The notes below the pieces were generated by a model that saw only the letters and a program-made list of their open reading frames with translations, did not search any database and had not been told where the DNA came from. From assembly GCA_964355105.1 (NCBI GenBank), contig CAYHCO010000006.1, positions 34,420-98,419 of the forward strand: a stretch of DNA of 64,000 nt. The letters are read 5' to 3'. Both the position numbers and the translations under genes were made by a program. Positions 9,138 to 18,084 of the stretch are shown in pieces. The stretch comes from an uncultured Porphyromonadaceae bacterium (GTDB taxonomy: Bacteria; Bacteroidota; Bacteroidia; Bacteroidales; UBA12481). How positions within the stretch are numbered: position 1 is the first letter of the stretch; every line of letters starts with the position of its first letter.

Positions 9138-10475
9138 ATGAAAATTTTCGTCGTCGAAGATGATAAGTTTTACAATAAACTGATTGAGCATCATCTGCGC
9201 CTCAATCCCGATTTTGAAGTAGAGACCTTCTACAACGGGAAAAGCTTCCTGAACAAATTGGGTGATAATCCTGATATCGTGACCCTTGACTTCGGATTGC
9301 CGGATATGGACGGTCACGAAATCATGGAAAAAGTAAAGAAATATGATCCGGGCATTCATGTGGTAATGATCTCAGGCCAGGAGGACATCTCAACTGCTGT
9401 TAAGCTCCTTAAGCAAGGGGCTTACGATTACATCACCAAGGACGAGAACATCAAGGAACGCCTGCTGAATACGATCCATAATATTCAGACTACCCAAAAA
9501 CTCAGGAATCAGGTCAATCAACTTAAGACACAGATCTCCGAGAAATACGATTTTTCCAAGGCTATCATCGGCGAAAGCAAATCGCTCAAAAAAGTCTATT
9601 CCCTGATCGAAAAGGCCATCCAGGTTCAAAACATGACCGTTTCCATTCGCGGCGAAACAGGAACGGGAAAAGAATTGGTTGCCCGTACGGTACACTACAA
9701 TTCCATCCGAAAGGATAAGCCGTTTGTTGCCGTAAACATGGGTGCCATACCACGGGAATTACTCGAAAGTGAACTTTTCGGACATGAGAAAGGCGCATTC
9801 ACAGGAGCCTATAGCAGGAATATCGGGAAATTTGAAGAAGCTAATGGCGGTACGATATTTTTCGATGAGATAGCCGAAATGGAGCTCGACCTTCAGGTGA
9901 AAATTTTACGCGCAATCCAGGAAAGGGAAATTGTCCGCGTTGGCGGAACCAATGTTGTGAAGGTGGATGTCAGGATCATCACCGCCACGAATAAGGACCT
10001 TCAGGAAGAAGTGAAGAAAGGCCGTTTCCGCGAGGACCTCTATTACCGGCTCCTCGGTTTGCCGATTAACCTTCCGCCACTTTCTGAGCGTGAAAACGAT
10101 ATCATCATTCTTGCCCAGTATTTCCTGAAAGATTTTTGCAAGGAAAATAACCTGCCTAAGAAAGAGTTTTCTGCTAAAGCGAGAAATAAGCTGCTGACTT
10201 ACCGTTACCCGGGCAACGTCAGGGAACTGAAAGCCATTGTGGAACTGGCAGTGGTCATGTCGAACCAGCAGATCATCGACGAGGATGATGTGATGTTCAG
10301 TCCGACCAATACGGGTCTCGACCTGTTTGCCCAGGAGATGAGCCTGAGGGAATACGAAACCAAGATCATCCGGCACTACCTGGAAAAGAACAACAACAAT
10401 GTCGTTCTGGTTGCCAAGAAGCTGGATATAGGTAAATCAAAGATTTACAATATGATCAAGGGTGGTGAGCTCTAG
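9138..10475 (+). CDS. Sigma-54-dependent (NtrC/Fis family) response regulator
   Basis: REC (VVEDD, LDFGLPDMDG), AAA+ GETGTGKE, ESELFGHEKGAFTGA, FREDLYYRL, YPGNVREL, C-terminal HTH. Confidence 0.93.
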   Translation: MKIFVVEDDKFYNKLIEHHLRLNPDFEVETFYNGKSFLNKLGDNPDIVTLDFGLPDMDGHEIMEKVKKYDPGIHVVMISGQEDISTAVKLLKQGAYDYITKDENIKERLLNTIHNIQTTQKLRNQVNQLKTQISEKYDFSKAIIGESKSLKKVYSLIEKAIQVQNMTVSIRGETGTGKELVARTVHYNSIRKDKPFVAVNMGAIPRELLESELFGHEKGAFTGAYSRNIGKFEEANGGTIFFDEIAEMELDLQVKILRAIQEREIVRVGGTNVVKVDVRIITATNKDLQEEVKKGRFREDLYYRLLGLPINLPPLSERENDIIILAQYFLKDFCKENNLPKKEFSAKARNKLLTYRYPGNVRELKAIVELAVVMSNQQIIDEDDVMFSPTNTGLDLFAQEMSLREYETKIIRHYLEKNNNNVVLVAKKLDIGKSKIYNMIKGGEL

Positions 10476-10708
10476 ACAGCCTCAACTGCCTTAACTTCAG
10501 GAACCTGCTTTTTCAATGTCGTCTCAACTCCGGCCTTCAGGGTCATGGTCCTCATCGGGCATGATCCGCATGCGCCGACCAGGTTCACCCTGACAACCAT
10601 ATCGTCCGTAATTTCTTCTAGGGTAAGATCCCCTCCGTCGGCTTGCAGGTAAGGCCTGATCTGCTCAAGAACAACGTTAATTCTGTTTCTTATTTCTTCG
10701 GTAACCAT
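10472..10708 (-). CDS. NifU/Nfu-type Fe-S cluster carrier (single domain)
   Basis: IRPYLQADGGD and GACGSCP (CxxC) motifs. Confidence 0.92.
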   Translation of the reverse strand: MVTEEIRNRINVVLEQIRPYLQADGGDLTLEEITDDMVVRVNLVGACGSCPMRTMTLKAGVETTLKKQVPEVKAVEAV

Positions 10709-10718
10709 ATTGTATTTT

Positions 10719-11813
10719 TTATCGGGTTAATTGAACTATTTCTGTGGGTGCGGCAGAGGCATTCCGGATGCCAACCTGCCTGACGGTTTCACGTGCCAAC
10801 TCCATGAAAGCAAGACCGCTGACCGAATTTTCATCATCGGCGACTGGCCGGCCGTTATCGCCACCCTCGCGGATGCTTTGTACCAGGGGTATCTGACCGA
10901 GTAGCGGCACATTCATCGATTCAGCAAGATTCTTGCAGCCATCCTTGCCGAAAATGTAATACTTGTTTTCCGGGAGCTCGGCCGGTGTGAACCAGGCCAT
11001 ATTCTCAACCAGTCCGAGGACCGGCACATTAATCGATTTACCGGTAAACATGCTGATTCCCTTGATAGCATCAGCCAGTGCAACAGCCTGCGGTGTGGAA
11101 ACAATCACCACACCCGTAACGGCCAGACTCTGGACAATGGTCAGGTGCACATCGCCGGTTCCCGGGGGCAGGTCAATGAGCAGATAATCCAGCTCTCCCC
11201 AGTCACCGTCATGAATAAGCTGTTTCAAAGCGCTGGTTGCCATAGGGCCGCGCCAGACAAGCGCTTCTTTCTGGTCGACAAAAAACCCTATCGACAGAAC
11301 TTTTACATCATATTTCTCGGCCGGCACGATGCGGTCCTTGCCATCCACCTGCCTGACAACCGGCCTGGCCGTTTCCAGGTCGAACATCTTGGGGATCGAT
11401 GGCCCATATACATCGGCATCGATCAACCCTACGGAATAACCGAGCTTGGCAAGTGCCACAGCCAGATTAACCGAAACGGTCGACTTGCCTACCCCGCCCT
11501 TGCCGCTCGCGATAGCAACAATATTCTTGACATTGGGTAATGGCCTATCTTTGTGAACCACCTGTTGAGCATCGATATTTACAATGATTTCTATGTCGCT
11601 GCCCAGATTGGCTGAAATAGCCTGTTCACAGGCTTTTTTCACCGCGTGGGCAAAAGGATTCTTGGATTTTGGGAATACCAGGGTGAAACTGACCTTCCGG
11701 CCTTCGATCTTCAGCTCCCGAACCATGTCAAGACTGACGATATCTTTCTCGTTATCAGGATTTATGACTTCCTTCAGACTTTCGAGTACCGAAGAAGCAG
11801 TAAGCAATTCCAT
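10719..11813 (-). CDS. mrp: Mrp/ApbC/NBP35 family P-loop ATPase
   Basis: N-terminal FeS-assembly-type domain, [35 protein letters not shown]. Confidence 0.93.
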   Translation of the reverse strand: MELLTASSVLESLKEVINPDNEKDIVSLDMVRELKIEGRKVSFTLVFPKSKNPFAHAVKKACEQAISANLGSDIEIIVNIDAQQVVHKDRPLPNVKNIVAIASGKGGVGKSTVSVNLAVALAKLGYSVGLIDADVYGPSIPKMFDLETARPVVRQVDGKDRIVPAEKYDVKVLSIGFFVDQKEALVWRGPMATSALKQLIHDGDWGELDYLLIDLPPGTGDVHLTIVQSLAVTGVVIVSTPQAVALADAIKGISMFTGKSINVPVLGLVENMAWFTPAELPENKYYIFGKDGCKNLAESMNVPLLGQIPLVQSIREGGDNGRPVADDENSVSGLAFMELARETVRQVGIRNASAAPTEIVQLTR

Positions 11814-11863
11814 CTATTTTTATTTAGTTTAAATAAAGGGTAAAATTAATCATCTTTTAAGAT

Positions 11864-12208
11864 TTACATTTCAGGTTCCGGCATTTCTTTGACCGGATCC
11901 CAGAATTTAATCTCAAAATCAATGATCTGGTCATCCTCCACCAGGATGCCTTCACTTTCCAGGAGCTGCCTCATGGTATCGGAATAACCGAAATAGTGCT
12001 TTCCCGTCAGTAAACCATTGCGGTTGACCACCCGGTGTGCCGGAACGAACCCCTTGCCGTCGAAGGATTTATTCAGCGCCCAGCCAACCATGCGAGCCGA
12101 TTGCGGAGATCCGAGATAGCGGGCAATGGCACCGTACGAGGATACGCGGCCGTAAGGAATATTCCTGACCACCTGATAAACCGAATCGAAAAACCCGGGA
12201 TCTGTCAT
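11864..12208 (-). CDS. MGMT-family alkyltransferase-like (ATL) DNA-binding protein
   Basis: IPYGRVSSYGAIA...SARMVGWAL. Active-site motif is PAHRV rather than PCHRV. Confidence 0.88.
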   Translation of the reverse strand: MTDPGFFDSVYQVVRNIPYGRVSSYGAIARYLGSPQSARMVGWALNKSFDGKGFVPAHRVVNRNGLLTGKHYFGYSDTMRQLLESEGILVEDDQIIDFEIKFWDPVKEMPEPEM

Positions 12209-12915
12209 GGCTCAATGGTAACCTGGCGGGGTTCGGTCCAGCGATGTCCGTGCACCGGAATAAAAGTCAGGTAAGTGATGGGCTTGCCGGCCCCGAGAAA
12301 TCCCGATTCGTAGTGAGTCCGGATCGAGAGGATTTCATCAGCCCGATAGGAACCGTATAGATCGGCCGTACAGATATCCGGCTCCACCATATTCCATTTC
12401 AGCAGGGTGAGCGTATATTCGTGAAGGATCATGCTGTCAGTCTTCAGATGAATCCGCCCGCCCGGCTTGAGCATTTCGAGGTACATATTGATGAATCGAC
12501 TGGATGTCAGCCGTTTGCGAGGCTTTCTGGCTTGCGGATCCGGGAAGGTTATCCATATTTCACTGATCTCCTCCCTGCCAAACATCCTGAAAAGGAATTC
12601 GATGCGGCAGCGCAAAAAAGCCACATTTCCGAGCTTCAGATGGAGTGATTCCCGGGCACCTTTCCACATGCGTGCTCCCTTAATATCGACTCCGATATAA
12701 TTTTTGCCAGGAGACCTTTTGGCCAGTTCCACGGTGTACTCGCCCCGGCCGCAACCCAGCTCCAGCACTATGGGGTTGTCATTACCGAAAAACTTTTCGT
12801 TCCAGTGGCCCTTCATGTCGAAATCCCTGGTCAGGATGTCATGGCCATCCGGCTCAAAAACATGCGGGAATTCCCGCATTTCTGTAAATCGCTTGATTTT
12901 ATTTATCCTCGCCAA
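12205..12915 (-). CDS. trmB: tRNA (guanine-N7)-methyltransferase
   Basis: LELGCGRGEY, ITFPDPQ, KRLT, HLKTD, THYE motifs. TTG start. Confidence 0.95.
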   Translation of the reverse strand: MARINKIKRFTEMREFPHVFEPDGHDILTRDFDMKGHWNEKFFGNDNPIVLELGCGRGEYTVELAKRSPGKNYIGVDIKGARMWKGARESLHLKLGNVAFLRCRIEFLFRMFGREEISEIWITFPDPQARKPRKRLTSSRFINMYLEMLKPGGRIHLKTDSMILHEYTLTLLKWNMVEPDICTADLYGSYRADEILSIRTHYESGFLGAGKPITYLTFIPVHGHRWTEPRQVTIEP

Positions 12916-12917
12916 AA

Positions 12918-13388
12918 CTATCCGGCTTTTTCGATCCGCAGTCCCAGATCGGTGATATACTTAAGTTGCTTCTCCCTCATTCCCTGATCTATCTCAAAAA
13001 TATAAATGCCGGGATTTGGGAATTTTACCCGGTAACGCAAGGGGATTTCAAGGCTGAACCGCCCCCCTGATCCCCTGCCTTCCCAGCGGCCCTGGTCGTT
13101 TGCCAGGCGACATTCAACGGTATCACGCAGTGTTGCGCCGGTCGGGGAATTGGTACGTATGAACAGCCAGAGGTTCGAATATTCGTAGCGCCCGTCATTT
13201 CTCACCTGAAGGTAAATATTGTAAGCCCCAACGGTATCATTGACCGGCACCTCAAACGTGTAGAACTTTTCGGCCGGCCAGATGCCATGCTCGATAGGCA
13301 CATTCTTGAGATATAAATCCTTCTGGCCACAGGCAGCAAAAACGAGCGCCGTGACCACCAAAATCAGTGATCCCCGGAATCGTGTCAT
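12918..13388 (-). CDS. gldH: Gliding motility lipoprotein GldH
   Basis: Lipobox VFAAC, RNDGRYEYSNLWL, DTVECRLA..G.W.G.G, QGMR. Conserved holB-ricT-gldH order. Confidence 0.88.
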   Translation of the reverse strand: MTRFRGSLILVVTALVFAACGQKDLYLKNVPIEHGIWPAEKFYTFEVPVNDTVGAYNIYLQVRNDGRYEYSNLWLFIRTNSPTGATLRDTVECRLANDQGRWEGRGSGGRFSLEIPLRYRVKFPNPGIYIFEIDQGMREKQLKYITDLGLRIEKAG

Positions 13389-14599
13389 TGTTTTTTGATA
13401 ACCGTAATTTTCGGTCTGTTCTCCTGAGGTTGCTGAGGTTGCTGGGGCTGACGCTGCTGTCCCTGAGGCCTTGGAGGTCCCTGGGGCCGGCGCTGGCCGC
13501 GCTTCTTATCATCAAACCGGGTAAGACTTTCGGAGCCTGCATCGTTCATATAGCCAACCTCCTTAACCTCCTTCGACAGATCAATATCGGTGAGCTTCTC
13601 AACAATAACTCCCTGCTTGTTCAGCTTGATGATCTCCAAAACCCTTTCCACAGGTATGGGAATCAGGTGTGAAGCTGAAGAGGAATCAAACGAGTACCAC
13701 ATGATCCGCTTGAAAATATCGGTCTTTTGATGATAGGCCATGCCCTCCCTGGTTTCCAGAACAATCTCGGAGGAGGGGAAATCTTTCTGAGCATCTATAT
13801 AGGCATCCACCTCATAATTCAGGCAACACTTCAGTTTGCCGCACTGACCGGCCAGTTTTTGGGGGTTGAACGACAACTCCTGGTTTCTGGCAACCGTGGT
13901 GGTGACCGTTACAAAATTGGTAAGGAAGGTAGAGCAGCACAGTTCCCTGCCGCAAGATCCGATACCGCCTATTCGACCGGCTTCCTGGCGCGCTCCGATC
14001 TGACGCATCTCGACCCGTATCTTGAATTCGTCAGCCATGTACTTGATCAGCTCACGGAAATCCACACGGTCATCAGCAATGTAATAGAAGATAGCCTTGG
14101 TTTTATCACCCTGATATTCAACATCCCCGACTTTCATGTCGAGTTTGAGCATCTGCGTGATCTTTCTCGAACGTAGCATGGTATGGTGCTCAAGAGCTAT
14201 CGCTTCCTTCCATTTCTCAAGATCGGCCTGCTTGGCTTTGCGGTAAACCTTACGGAATTCATACTCGGCCGGGTTGATTCGGTATTTGCGGAGCTGGTTC
14301 ATCACGAGAGGCCCCGTAAGTGAAACCATCCCAATATCGTGGCCGGGAGAAGCCTCAACGGCAATCATGTCACCGGGTGACAGGTTCAGGGCATTAACAT
14401 TCCTGTAGTAACCTTTCCGTGTATTCTTGAATCTCACTTCCACCAGGTCCTCTTCACTGATTCCATGAGGGATGTCCCTCAGCCAGTCGAATACACTCAA
14501 CTTGGTGCATCCTTCCTGGTTTTTGCAGGGTTTTCCTTCCGATTCGGTATCTAAATGGGGGCAACCCCTGAAAAGTATCGCGTCTTGTAATGTATCCAT
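13385..14599 (-). CDS. ricT: PSP1 / RicT (YaaT) family Fe-S protein
   Basis: VEVRFKNTRK, RVDFREL, RQIGARQEA, GSCGRELCC, GQCGKLKCCLNYE. Confidence 0.9.
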   Translation of the reverse strand: MDTLQDAILFRGCPHLDTESEGKPCKNQEGCTKLSVFDWLRDIPHGISEEDLVEVRFKNTRKGYYRNVNALNLSPGDMIAVEASPGHDIGMVSLTGPLVMNQLRKYRINPAEYEFRKVYRKAKQADLEKWKEAIALEHHTMLRSRKITQMLKLDMKVGDVEYQGDKTKAIFYYIADDRVDFRELIKYMADEFKIRVEMRQIGARQEAGRIGGIGSCGRELCCSTFLTNFVTVTTTVARNQELSFNPQKLAGQCGKLKCCLNYEVDAYIDAQKDFPSSEIVLETREGMAYHQKTDIFKRIMWYSFDSSSASHLIPIPVERVLEIIKLNKQGVIVEKLTDIDLSKEVKEVGYMNDAGSESLTRFDDKKRGQRRPQGPPRPQGQQRQPQQPQQPQENRPKITVIKKQ

Positions 14600-14647
14600 G
14601 GCGGTAAAGATAATTAATCCCGCTGAATTGTGATGCAGCGGTGTGTG

Positions 14648-15796
14648 TCAGGCTTTTGCGACGGATGCCGGAATCTTCAGTAACCGGTACAGTTGCAGGC
14701 TCATATCGGTGAGCAGGATCTTTGGATTGGCATTCATGGCTATCTGGGATATGGCAAGATCGAATTCCGACATGAGCCCTTCGATATTACCGGGATGTAT
14801 GAATGCACTGAATCTCGATGAAAAAGCTGACTCCTCGGGATCCATGATCGCCAGCTCCGGCATGCCCCGGTTAACGAGGTAATTATTCCGGATCATCGAC
14901 AGGGAATATTGAAGAAACCATTTCTGCCGCTCCCGACCGATCTCCGAAACTTCTGATACCCAGTCGGTGATGTCCTTGATCTGAAGCCCGAAGGATATCC
15001 TCATCCACCTGATAAACCGGTCGCGATTGAGCAAATTCTGATCACTCTGGTCAATCATCTGCTGTGCAAGCAGATAATCTCCCTGCGCACGCTGCACCAG
15101 GCTTTTCAGGATCTTCTCCTGCTCGGGATATTCCTCCTTTAGCTTGTCATACAGGGCTTCAGCGGAAATCCTCGGCACTTTGATCAGCTGGGTCCGGGAA
15201 AGGATAGTCGGTAAAATCTCGTCGGTGCCGCAGGTCACAAAGAGGAAGACCGTATGGTCCGCCGGCTCCTCAATGATCTTGAGCAATTTGTTAGCAGCAG
15301 TGGTATTCATCTTTTCAGGCATCCAAAAGATGATCACCTTGTAATCCGATTGAAATGACTTGAAATTCAGCTTTCGAAGTATCTCCTGAGCCTCCTTCTT
15401 AAAAATACCGGCCTGCTTGTTCTCGATCCCCATGGCATGGTACCAGCCCTCCAGCGAAGGATAGGAACCTGTGGCGAGGTACTGCCTCCACTCTTCGATA
15501 AAATCGTCACTCGAAGGTTCATCCTTGATTTTAGCCGTCCGGGCAACCGGAAAAACAAAATGAATATCAGGATGGACGTACTGGGCGGCCTGATGGCAGG
15601 CGGGACATACGCCGCACGAATCATCCCCGAGCGGCGAGGAGCACTGAAGGTACTGTGCGAGGGCCAGGGCCAGGGCGAAATTACCGCTCCCGGCACTTCC
15701 CGAAAGCATGAGCGCATGGCTTACCCGGTTGGTTTTCACCGCCTGCAGCAATCGTGCTCGGATTGCATCCTGACCGGGTATTTCGTTGAAGCGCAT
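14648..15796 (-). CDS. holB: DNA polymerase III subunit delta'
   Basis: RVSHALML, zinc-binding CSS...[33 protein letters not shown]. Start set at ATG 15796 (MRFNEIPGQ). Confidence 0.92.
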   Translation of the reverse strand: MRFNEIPGQDAIRARLLQAVKTNRVSHALMLSGSAGSGNFALALALAQYLQCSSPLGDDSCGVCPACHQAAQYVHPDIHFVFPVARTAKIKDEPSSDDFIEEWRQYLATGSYPSLEGWYHAMGIENKQAGIFKKEAQEILRKLNFKSFQSDYKVIIFWMPEKMNTTAANKLLKIIEEPADHTVFLFVTCGTDEILPTILSRTQLIKVPRISAEALYDKLKEEYPEQEKILKSLVQRAQGDYLLAQQMIDQSDQNLLNRDRFIRWMRISFGLQIKDITDWVSEVSEIGRERQKWFLQYSLSMIRNNYLVNRGMPELAIMDPEESAFSSRFSAFIHPGNIEGLMSEFDLAISQIAMNANPKILLTDMSLQLYRLLKIPASVAKA

Positions 15797-15821
15797 CGGG
15801 CCAAAAATAACCAACATTTTT

Positions 15822-15829
15822 TAACTTTG
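15822..15829 (+). promoter_or_regulatory. Bacteroidota -7 element (TAACTTTG) upstream of pgk
   Basis: Exact TAnnTTTG match 36 nt upstream of the pgk ATG. Confidence 0.6.
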
Positions 15830-15865
15830 TGGGGCTTTTTAGAGCACTCTAATACATCACACATT

Positions 15866-17059
15866 ATGTTAACAATGAATTCCTTCAACTTCGCCGGCAA
15901 GAAGGCGATTATTCGGGTCGATTTCAACGTCCCGCTCAACAGCAGTTTCGAAATTACAGATGATACCCGCATCCGCGCAGCCATCCCAACGATCAAAAAA
16001 GTTCTTGGCGATGGGGGTTCCGTGATCCTCATGTCGCACCTGGGTAGGCCAAAAGAGGGCCCGACTGACAAATACAGCCTCAGGCACCTGATTCCCGACC
16101 TGAATGCGAAACTCGGGGTTACGGTTAAATTCGCACCGGATTGTATCGGTGAGGAAGCTAAAATCCTTGCTGCAGCCCTGAAACCTGGCGAAGTTCTGCT
16201 GCTCGAGAACCTCAGGTTTTACAAGAATGAAGAAAAGGGAGATCCTGAATTTGCACAAAAACTGGCAGCACTGGCCGACATATACGTGAACGATGCTTTT
16301 GGCACCGCACACCGCGCCCATGCTTCAACCACCATCATCGCAGAATATTTCCCCGGCAAATCGCTGTTCGGTTATATCATGGACAGCGAAGTCAGCAGCA
16401 TCGACAAGGTAATGCTGGACCCGAAAAAACCTTTTACCGCAATTCTTGGCGGTGCCAAAGTGTCAACCAAGATCACGATCATCGAGAACCTGCTTGGCAA
16501 GGTCGACAACCTGATCATCGGCGGTGGCATGACCTACACCTTTATTAAGGCCATGGGCGGACAGGTGGGTAATTCGCTGGTTGAAGAAGATTTTGTTGAG
16601 ATGGCTAAAACAGTTCTCGCAAAGGCAAAAGAAAAGGGTGTTAACCTGTACCTTCCGGTTGATGGCGTTAATGCCGATAAATTCGACAATGATGCCCAGA
16701 CATCCGTCTCCGCCATCGACAAGGTTCCCGAGGGTTGGATGGGTCTGGATATTGCCGGCGAAAGCATCGCGAAATTCTCCGAAGTGATAGAAAATTCGAA
16801 GACCATCCTTTGGAATGGCCCGATGGGCGTATTCGAAATGCCAAACTTCCAGAAAGGGACCGTTGAAATTGCCAGGGCTATTGCCCGTGCAACCGCCAAA
16901 GGTGCCTTCTCACTGGTTGGCGGCGGTGATTCCGTTGCAGCCCTTAACCAGTTCGGCATGACCGACCAGGTTTCCTACGTTTCCACCGGAGGCGGCGCCC
17001 TGCTTGAATATATTGAAGGCCAGGTTCTTCCGGGAATTAAAGCTATCAGAGGCTATTAA
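15866..17059 (+). CDS. pgk: Phosphoglycerate kinase
   Basis: [50 protein letters not shown]. True start is ATG 15866; the ORF-track extension overlaps holB. Confidence 0.98.
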   Translation: MLTMNSFNFAGKKAIIRVDFNVPLNSSFEITDDTRIRAAIPTIKKVLGDGGSVILMSHLGRPKEGPTDKYSLRHLIPDLNAKLGVTVKFAPDCIGEEAKILAAALKPGEVLLLENLRFYKNEEKGDPEFAQKLAALADIYVNDAFGTAHRAHASTTIIAEYFPGKSLFGYIMDSEVSSIDKVMLDPKKPFTAILGGAKVSTKITIIENLLGKVDNLIIGGGMTYTFIKAMGGQVGNSLVEEDFVEMAKTVLAKAKEKGVNLYLPVDGVNADKFDNDAQTSVSAIDKVPEGWMGLDIAGESIAKFSEVIENSKTILWNGPMGVFEMPNFQKGTVEIARAIARATAKGAFSLVGGGDSVAALNQFGMTDQVSYVSTGGGALLEYIEGQVLPGIKAIRGY

Positions 17060-17061
17060 GG

Positions 17062-18027
17062 GTGATGCTCACTATCCCTGGCGACGATGCTTCCTTTTCA
17101 AGTCTGGCACTGGACATATTCCGCCGTCAGGCCCGGGATAATGAAGTGTACAAGAGGTACCTGCACTTTCTGGGTACCGAACCTGAGACTGTTACCGACC
17201 TGGACCGGATCCCGTTCATGCCTGTTGAATTCTTCAGGGATTACCGGGTAGTCACCGGACCAGGTCGGGAAGTCAGGGTTTTTGAATCGAGCGGAACCAC
17301 CGGTTCCATTCCCGGACGGCATTTTATATTGAATGAGGAAATTTACCTGGAAAGCCTGCTGTCCGGCTTCCGCCTGTTTTTCGGCAATCCAGAGGAATGG
17401 TGCTTTCTGGCACTCCTACCCTCCTATATAGAGCGCCCTAACGCATCGCTGGTTTTTATGATGGATCACCTGATCCGGGCCAGCTGCCATCCGCTGAGCG
17501 GTTTTTATCTTGATAATCGCAGTGAACTTGCCGAAAGACTCGTCAAGCTTGAAAAATCGGGTCAGAAAACCATGCTGGTAGGAGTAACTTTTGCCCTTCT
17601 TGATCAGGCCGAACAGTTTCCCATGCCCCTGGAACATACACTGGTCGTGGAAACCGGCGGCATGAAGGGCCGGCGCGAAGAGCTCACACGGGAAGAATTG
17701 CATGCTTTCCTTAAATCCGCTTTTCAACTCGATGCTATCTGCTCCGAATACGGGATGACGGAACTATTGTCGCAGGCCTGGTCAACCGGAGGAGGGATTT
17801 ACCGTACTCCCCCCTGGATGCGAATCCTGATCCGCGATCCGTATGATCCCTTCCGGCACCTCATGGATGGAAAAACGGGAGGAATCGATGTTATCGACCT
17901 GGCAAATCAATATTCATGCTCATTCATTCAAACCCAGGATCTCGGGCGCAGCGAGGGAAATAAGAGCTTTGAGGTACTCGGGAGATTCGACAATGCCGAA
18001 TTACGCGGTTGCAATCTAATGATCTAG
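17062..18027 (+). CDS. LuxE-like acyl-protein synthetase / acyltransferase (ANL-related)
   Basis: FESSGTTG, ETGGMKG, SEYGMTELLSQ, TQDLG, EVLGR, C-terminal RGCN. Confidence 0.82.
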   Translation: MMLTIPGDDASFSSLALDIFRRQARDNEVYKRYLHFLGTEPETVTDLDRIPFMPVEFFRDYRVVTGPGREVRVFESSGTTGSIPGRHFILNEEIYLESLLSGFRLFFGNPEEWCFLALLPSYIERPNASLVFMMDHLIRASCHPLSGFYLDNRSELAERLVKLEKSGQKTMLVGVTFALLDQAEQFPMPLEHTLVVETGGMKGRREELTREELHAFLKSAFQLDAICSEYGMTELLSQAWSTGGGIYRTPPWMRILIRDPYDPFRHLMDGKTGGIDVIDLANQYSCSFIQTQDLGRSEGNKSFEVLGRFDNAELRGCNLMI

Positions 18028-18084
18028 TGCACAGAAGCGGGAAATTCACTCCTATTTTATAGTTTTGTTGGGAACAAACCCGCT

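Noticed and set aside
15437..15865. 143-aa N-terminal extension of Pgk in the ORF track
   Set aside because: It overlaps holB on the opposite strand. Pgk similarity starts at ATG 15866, just after a -7 promoter element.
17062..18027. Bioluminescence (lux) operon
   Set aside because: No luxA/B/C/D in the window. Stand-alone LuxE-like genes do not imply luminescence.
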